Shown here: one piece after another, positions 55,466-64,000 of the stretch
Position numbering within the stretch: the stretch's first letter is position 1
How the letters are laid out: each line of letters begins with the position of its first letter
NCBI RefSeq assembly: GCF_009914755.1
Contig: NC_060942.1
Strand: one strand, 5' to 3'
Source of the DNA: the human T2T-CHM13v2.0 reference genome, Homo sapiens
DNA length: 64,000 bases
The notes under the pieces: model-generated
What the model was told of the DNA's origin: nothing
Databases searched by the model: none
The model's input: the letters and a program-made list of their open reading frames with translations, nothing else
Program-made: the position numbers and the translations under genes

Positions 55466-55847
55466 TGAAATGATTTTATGCTATTATTATTAACCTCCAC
55501 CTGGAATTCACCATGGACAGAAGGTCTGGAAATAGAGGAAGAGCCACAGCTTAGAAAGCCGCTGGAAACTGCCTGGGTAGCTGCAGCAGCAGAGTCGGCA
55601 GCTGCAGCAGCAGAGGCAGCAGCTGGACGGGGTGAGCTGGTGCCACGTGGGGGTCAGCACACCTAGTCTTTCAAGATAGCCTTCCTGGTTATGGGAAGTC
55701 AGGACATGAGGGTCCCCTATCCCTAAATATGGTGAGATAGTTTCCCTTCCATTTTCCTCTCTCTGCAAAACAGGAAAAATTTAAAAGATTAAATGGAGGG
55801 ATAACTATTTTGCTTTTAAACTATTCACACCAATACATACTGCTAAT

Positions 55848-55946
55848 ATCTTTCTTTCTCTAATCCTCTCTCTCCCCTTCTATCTCTCTTCTTCCCCACC
55901 TCCCTGTCTCTCTCCCTCCTCCCCTCCCTTTCTCTCTCCTTTCCTC
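55848..55946. repeat. CT-rich polypyrimidine low-complexity tract
   Basis: Read directly; the THE1 LTR abuts its 3' end. Confidence 0.8.
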
Positions 55947-56313
55947 TGATATGGTTTGGCTGTGTCCCCACCGAAATCTCATCTTGAATTGTAGTTCCCA
56001 TGATCTCCACATGTTGTGGGAGGGACCCAGTGGGAGTTAATTGAATCATGGGGGGTGGATTTTCCTGTGCTGTTCTCATGATAGTAAATAAGTTTCATGA
56101 GATCTGATGGTTTTATAAAAGGCAGTTCCCCTGCATTTCTCCTTGCTGTCACCATGCAGAGAAGGATGTGTTTGCTTCCCCTTCTGCCATGATTGTAAGT
56201 TTCCTGAGGCCTCCCCAGCCACGCTGAACTGTGAGTCAATTAAACCTCTTTTCGTTATAAATTACCCAGTCTCGGGTATGTCTTTATTAGCAGCATGAGA
56301 ACAGACTAACACA
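55947..56313 (+). mobile_element. MaLR LTR, THE1C-like
   Basis: TGATATGGTTTGGCTGTGTCCCCACC...GAGATCTGATGGTTTTATAAA...GAGGCCTCCCCAGCC...GAACAGACTAACACA. Confidence 0.92.
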
Positions 56314-59136
56314 CTCTCTTTCTGTGTCATTTGCATGTATAAAACAGTATTGAAATTCACATCATTATTCAACATTACCTTTTACCAATTCAAACTCCAC
56401 TCTGTTATTCAACCAATTTTTCTTCATAACTAACTCTGGAAAACTGAGGCAATAAAAACATATTTGTTTATCTTTTAACCTTCAATAATGTGTTTTATAA
56501 TGCATCGTTTGCTTAATACTTAAAAAGCTATTATGCCTTGGATGAGACTGGAGAAGATTCTGATCACACAAAATGTAGCATTACTAGTAAATTATTTATT
56601 TCCACACTATGTACACTACCAGAGTTTTAGATCATTTCATTGCTTCCCACCAAATTTCCTCTGAATCTCAAGGTTTCTATCTTTAACAAATAGTAACAGT
56701 ATGCTCAAATCAATCAATCAATATCTATCTCTCACCCACGTTTTTAAGTTACCCTTCACCTCTGTAGAACTCATGTGATTATTTTTGTTGATTGCACAAA
56801 TAAAGGTAAAATATTCTCACTATTCCTGCAAATATTGTCAGTATACATAATACCAGAATTAAGCTCTTTCCCCAGGATTACACTCCTTAGAGGAAGGCAG
56901 GAGAAAAGGGTGAGAAGAGACCAGAGTGTGTTTCTTTTCCTGAGAATCACATATGCCTTACCCCCTCAATCAAGCACAAAGCATAGTTTGAGGGCCACCG
57001 CCCATCTGAGTTCCAGCCTGAACACTTACTATGGATATCAGCACCAAACCTAGGTTCTGGGCACAGGGCATCTCCACACAGTCTGCACATGTAAACTGAT
57101 ATCCGTAATCAGTGGATGTAATCAGGTCTCTACTCTTAGCTCTTTATTACGGGAATAACACTGTCCAGTGATTATTGATTACCTTCTCAACTTCAGCATT
57201 ATTTAAACTATTGCTTTAGATATATTACACCTTCAACTTCTAATGCAATTTCCAGGTATATGTAACTTAATTAGCAAATATTATAAGTCAATTCTAGGAT
57301 TTATATTTAAAAACAGGAAAAGTAGATTATTGTTAATAACTATAATGAAGCATAAGTCTATATTAAACTCTTCCTTAATAGGAATTGGGCATTAGGTAAT
57401 AGATGCTTTATTTTAGTATTTATAACAGAAAATACATTACCAGTTTATGATTATTTTTATTGTTTTGCGCATTTTGAAATTTTAGATTTGTGATCTTTCT
57501 GTCTTTTTAGTCTATAAAGTTATCAACTCAGATAAGGTTCATGTACCGAGAATGTGTAAATTATGAAAGAATATTAAATATTTATTAAGATATTAATGCT
57601 TCTGAAATTATACATTTTTTTATCCTAAGTATTTAAAATAGGAAGGCTTCTTTTTCATTTTCACTTGATACTGAAAAATATCTATCTACCATCTGTGTCT
57701 TAATCGCCAAAGATAAAACTGGGTCCCCATCAGTAAGACTGAACTTTCTACTGAAATCTGAATCAGCACTCTGGAATAAATCCACCTGGTTCATTGTGAG
57801 CCATGGGAACAGGTGGCAGCAGGTTGTAGCTGCAGAAACCAGAGCCAAAGAAGTAAAACAAGGCAGGGGATGATAGAGAAGAGAAGTATCAGAAATATCG
57901 GCATGGAAATCCTGGCCAGAAACTGATAAAAAATGCAGATCCTGGAGCCAAGAACCCATTGAGCCACATTAAGTGTAAGTGAGGAAGAAAAAAACCAGCT
58001 GATTCAACAACAAACATTAACTGGGCAATATTACATGCCTTATCGGTACTGGGGATTCAGCAATGGCTGCAACATTTTCTTAGGTAGAACCAGATCAGAT
58101 TGCTAGGAGTGGAGAACATCTGAGCAAGTGGTAGCCCAGAGGTAGATAGGATTCAGATTATCAACGATCCAAAGGTTAAAGCTTCCTTAAGCAACCAAAC
58201 TCAAACCCAACAGTTAATGCACAAGTTGTATCAACAGCCCATGAGACCTGGTCTAAATTGAAAACCACCTTAAATCTGGGCTCCCTTATCATAATGAAGA
58301 GGTGCGTTGGAAGTTGAGAAGGCTGTGTATCTCGGGTCCAGGGATTTCCCACGGTTTCAGTGAGGCTGACTGGGTGATGCATCCTGAGGCAGGGTTCTAG
58401 CCTCTAGCTGACCTTAAACCAAGGCTATTTTGCATCGGAAGGAAAACCCTGATAGCAGCTCTCACAGAGTCAGGGTAAAATATCCAAACTATAGAAACAG
58501 TAAATGTATCAGTTAGAAGAAGGAAAAGGTATTCCTTTTTTCCTGAAATTTCAAAACTTATCTATGCAAATGATCCACAATGCTAAGGGCTTCCTCTGGG
58601 GACGGTTGTCTTGGAAAGTAGGCCAGCAAGCAGACTTGCATTGTGACTGACGGAGATGCTATGGTTTACTGAAGATAAATGTTCATTTTTCCTGAAAACG
58701 AGGGTTCAAAGAAGCCTCCTGGAAAAGGTGATCCTTAGAATTTAGAAAAACAACTAAGCCCTCCCCTACATCACAGTATATTAATACTCTCTCTGGATAT
58801 TTCTCACTCCCTGCCTCTTAGGTCTAGAATATTCTACCAAGATATGCTCTATACAGAAGAGAGGGCAAGGTTTCTTTACAATGCAGGACACAGGGAGCAC
58901 CCAAACACACCCATGGCAGGGCACCCATGTACCAAAGCCTTGGCAACTCACCAAATACTTAACATTTTCATAAAGAGGAACCCCTGGCTCCACCCAGCAT
59001 GGAAAAACAATACCAGAGTTTACATACAGCCATGGCAGGAGAAATATGGACTTTGAAAGCCAAACTCACAACTGATTTGGGAAATAACCACATAAGTGTC
59101 TTTACCCCACAAAGATCTCAATGATGTTTCCATATT

Positions 59137-59727
59137 CTTTTTTAAATTTTATTTTTCCATAAGTTATTGGGGTACAGGTGGTGTTTGGATACATGAGTAT
59201 GTTCTTTGGTGGAGATTTGTGAGAACCTGGTGCACCTACCACCCAAGTAGTATACACTGCATCATATTTGTTGTCTTTTATCCCTCACCCCCCACCTCCC
59301 ACTCTTCCCCTTAAGTCCCCAAAGTCCACTGTATCATTTTTATGCCTTTGCATCCTCATAGCTTAGCTACCACATATCAGTGAGAACATATGATGTTTGG
59401 TTTTCCATTCCTGAGTTATTTCACTTAGAATAATATTCTCTAACCTCATCCAGGTCATTGCAAATGCTGTGAATCCATTCCTTTCAATGGCTGAGTAGTA
59501 TTCCATCATATATATATATATGCCAGAGTTTCTTTATTCACTTGTTGATTGATAGACTTTTGGGCGGGTTTTATGACTTTTCTATTGTGAATTATGCTGC
59601 TGTACACATGCATGTGCAAGTATCTTTTTCAAATAATGACTTCTTTTCCTCTGGGTAGATACCCAGTTGTGGGATTACTGGATCAAATGGTAGTTCTACT
59701 TTTAGTTCTTTAAGGAATCTCCACACC
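59137..59727 (-). mobile_element. L1PB 3' end, 5'-truncated
   Basis: TTATTGGGGTACAGGTGGTGTTTGG, AGTCCCCAAAGTCCACTGTATCAT, GATCAAATGGTAGTTCTACTTTTAGTTCTTTAAGGAATCTCCACAC. Confidence 0.88.
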
Positions 59728-59881
59728 ATAGCATAATTCTTAAGAGTTAAAACTCTGAAGAGTCATTGTACCTATGTAACTCACAGTCCTCTTCTATTTT
59801 GTCTAAATTGTTAATAAAATAAAATTTTGAGCACAGAAATTTCTAGTATCTTCCACAATTAAAATTAATACATAAAAGAGA

Positions 59882-60336
<455 letters not shown>

Positions 60337-60877
60337 AAATTAATACATAAAACATATTTGTGGAAATAACCAGTGACACATATGACAATGGCATATCTTT
60401 TTTCTTCATGAAGATTTCTTTTTAAATCTGAGAAACTGTTCTTTTTCCTTTTTAATTTTAATAATACGATTTGGTCTTCAACCTGTATTTTCATGTTTTC
60501 ATTTGAAAAGGAAACACTGGAATGTATTACCAATGTGCATCCTCACACTCTGTGCTCTTTTGACAATGCAACACAACTAGCAAAGTAGATTTTGTCCCTC
60601 TTGTCATTTTGCCACTCCAGTTTTCAGGAGCTAAGCACCAAGGATGACTTCTGAGTCAGACAGTCACTGTGCCCATCTAAATGACATCCAAAGAGTGTCC
60701 CAGACACGTCCCATGACTTTAACGTGATAATACATTTTGAGGTATGCTACTGCGGTGAGGTATAAACTAGTCAATATTTTCTAGAAAATTAACAATAATA
60801 TTCCACTGGGTTGCACCTCAGAAGGGACTTGATTTTACTTTCTCAAATTTCACCCAAATTTTAAAAAAGAACAGTAT

Positions 60878-61430
60878 ATTCATTGCTTCAATATCTGCTG
60901 ATTGCCTACTATGTGCTGCGCAGTGTTCTAAGCACTCATGATAGAGCCGTGAGCAAACACAGTTAAGGTCTGTCACTTATGATATCTAAATCATAGCAGA
61001 AGGAAACATACTATAAACAAGTAAACCAAGATCTCTTCAGTCATGACAGGTGCGATGAAGGATAACATGAAGTAGAAAATGCAAGAGTGATGGGGGATGG
61101 CCACTTCAGAGAGGATGTCAAGAATGTTTCTCTTAGTGGGTGGAGTCTGAACTAAGACCTGAATGATAAAAGGAAGCAACCATGTGAAAATACACAGAAT
61201 GCTATTGTAGACAGAGCAAACAGCAGGAGGGAAGGTAGTGAGGTGAGAAAAGGTAAAAAAAGTCAAGGTATGCGGGGAAGAAAGTGTGGCTTGAACACAA
61301 TGAGTACAGGGAACTACGAGAGGAGATAAAGCTAAAGACCAAAGGTAAAACCACAAAGATTTTTGGATTATTTTTCTGTCTGGATTATGTAGAGCCATTG
61401 GAGAATTTAGTCCAAAGAGATTTTGATATT
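60878..61430 (-). mobile_element. L2 3' region
   Basis: TGCCTACTATGTGC...GTTCTAAGCACT; AAGACCTGAATGA...GCAACCATGTGAA; GAGCCATTGGAGAATTT. Confidence 0.78.
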
Positions 61431-61529
61431 ACTATATTATATATCAAATGCTTATATAGGCACTGTTCTGAGAACTTTATTATGGCTTTATTTTTTGGCA
61501 GCATAATTATCCCTTTTTGGCATTATAGC

Positions 61530-61695
61530 ATATGTGTGTTTGTTTACTTTGTGTTTCCCACATCAGTAAGCAATTTCCATGAAGGCACAGGTTGTTGCCT
61601 TTCTACAACACTGCCGTATTACCACTGTCTATAATAGCACCTCACACATAGCAGACACTCAGTAAATATTTCAGGAAAAATGAATGAAGGAATGA
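61530..61695 (+). mobile_element. L2 3' terminus
   Basis: TTCCATGAAGGCA...CACATAGCAGACACTCAGTAAATATTT...TGAATGAAGGAATGA. Confidence 0.75.
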
Positions 61696-61710
61696 CTGTT
61701 AAAGACCTGA

Positions 61711-62085
<375 letters not shown>

Positions 62086-64000
62086 TAAGCAATTGGTTAT
62101 ACAAGTTTGTAGCTCAGAGAAATCAAGACCAGAGAAATAAATGTTGGAACTATTCCCATACATCCATGGGACTTAGTGAGATAGTTGAAAGAATTAAAAG
62201 GATAATTCAGGTAATAATAAAATAGTAGCATTATTTATCAAGTGCTTATGAGAGGCCAGAAACTTTTCTGGAAAGACAAAACACTTCCCTTGGCTTCAAT
62301 CAGATCTCTCTTCTCATTTTTGTTTTTAATTTCTTAAAGTCATGTCTTACAAGCCAGAAGAGGTCACTGCTTAAAAATAATTTGAATGGAAAATTTCCAA
62401 AATAATTATCTCCATTCTAAAGGAAATGAAAGTTTTCACTTCTTGAGAACATAAAAGAAACTATACTTTTTAATGTCATAATAAATATAATAATGGCCTT
62501 AAGTCTGCCTTTGGGAGCAGCAAAAACAGACAATGGCAGAATTCATTAATAACTGTCCCCTTCTGGGTCAGAGGCTACATCCGTGCATTAAATGAAAATT
62601 TCATATCATGGGATTTTTAACACTCTTTGCTGACCTCAATTCTCTTCCATTTTCATGTGTCGATCTGGCTGAAAATCTTTTCCTATGAGCTGTGTATTTT
62701 CTGTCTTTACTTTCATAGTAAAAATAACTTTTACTGCCATTTCCCACAATTCTGAGGAAGAACACAAGCACAGTTTCTAATAACTTGAGGAAGTACTTGA
62801 ATGATGCCCAAGGCCATTCAGTGAATAAAAGGAATTAGGGAGTTTAAGAGCCTGCTTTATATGATCAGTATAATCTTATTGCTACTTTTTATAACAATCC
62901 AGCAAGCTATATAAACTTTATATATCTTCTATTACCATCCAATGTGTTTTCACAGACTCGCAAACTCAAGTGAGTAATCTACAGAGAGAAACACCAGAGA
63001 GGAGTTAGAAACATTGACTCCCATGTAGGTGGTTGGTTCTCCTTCAGTTAGGTTACATAGTAGATCAGAGAGTATTTCTATGCCCATTCCTGGTTCAGGA
63101 AGGTTCTGGAATCTGGGACCCATCTGGAGTCAGTCCAGATGTTTAACGGTTTCATGGCATTTTGCCAAGCATTTGCTATGCTAGATTATTTTTAAACATT
63201 TAGAACCTCCCTGGTTCTCCTGCCCCCACTTGACACTACTTGTCCCTGAAAAATTAAGATCAGTGCGCCTTTTATGCTTACAAAATGACCTTAAGTGGAC
63301 AATACATTAGATAACCATGCCACTAACTACTAACATGGGTTCGTTTGTGTTCACTTTAGCTTGGACATATTTTACTTGAACACTAAGCAAGGCTTGCCAA
63401 CGCTGGAAAGGGAATTATCTACCATCACAGACTTCAACAAATTGAACTTCATTTATGGGGTTTCCTTGAGGGCAGGAAAATATCTGGTTTCCCTAATAAT
63501 GTAAGAAGTACATATTTCTCTTGGTCGAATAGAATCTTTCGCGTTCACTGCCTTTCTTGAAAAGTCACAGCATGCTCCCCAGCCCCTAGCTCATCTCTGG
63601 TTTCTAAAATCTGCGTGCATTTGTATTTATAAATGAAATGTCATGGCCCATTGTGGCTTCTCCACTGGATGAATATCATAAATACTCAGTTCTTAAAAAG
63701 ATGGTGTTTGTTTTTCAAACCGGTGGTTAGGAATCAATAGCCTAAGAATTAAAACAAATCTAGAAGCTTATTCAACCAAAAAAATATTAGGTTGGAAGCA
63801 GAGGGTCAAGGCAAACACAACCTAGCTGCGTATTACTCCTTGGAGGATGTTGTCCATTGCCAAATATTCGCTGTGACACCATAATTTTCAGTGAGGCTTT
63901 CTCTGTAAGATAACAATTAGAATGGGAAAGATACACTTTAAGGAAGGGGGCCTCCTCTCTACACATGGCATACACAGTATGTATTGCTGCCCTTGGCAAT

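Noticed and set aside
55478-55768. Poly-Ala (+) and Cys-rich (-) ORFs; CACCATGG Kozak context near 55509
   Set aside because: Produced by a CAG-rich duplication; the Kozak ATG opens only 13 codons

Overview
Human non-coding genomic DNA (intronic or intergenic). An AluYb-lineage insertion at 32027, a human-specific Alu lineage, identifies the species. I cannot support any protein-coding exon, functional RNA gene or named locus: the supplied ORFs are Alu/LTR/LINE read-throughs or chance frames. Summing my own calls, about 40% of the window is recognisable interspersed repeat. This includes a 7SL retropseudogene, 13 Alus, about 14 LTR remnants (MaLR, ERV1, ERVL), Tigger and hAT DNA transposons, and L1, HAL1, L2, L3 and MIR fragments. 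Subfamily names come from recalled consensus sequences and need Dfam/RepeatMasker confirmation. I found no evidence of a new multi-gene system. The best signals are fossils of mutation and repair: a 43-bp templated insertion copied from 3.7 kb away, a template-switch micro-inversion inside an Alu TSD, a palindrome-forming change in an MLT2 LTR, and an Alu trimer under one TSD. Also notable are a young AluYb with source-element-like architecture and several candidate regulatory elements, including a CpG-rich L2 with three strong splice donors and a G4, and a nested, internally deleted LTR carrying an OCT-SOX motif.
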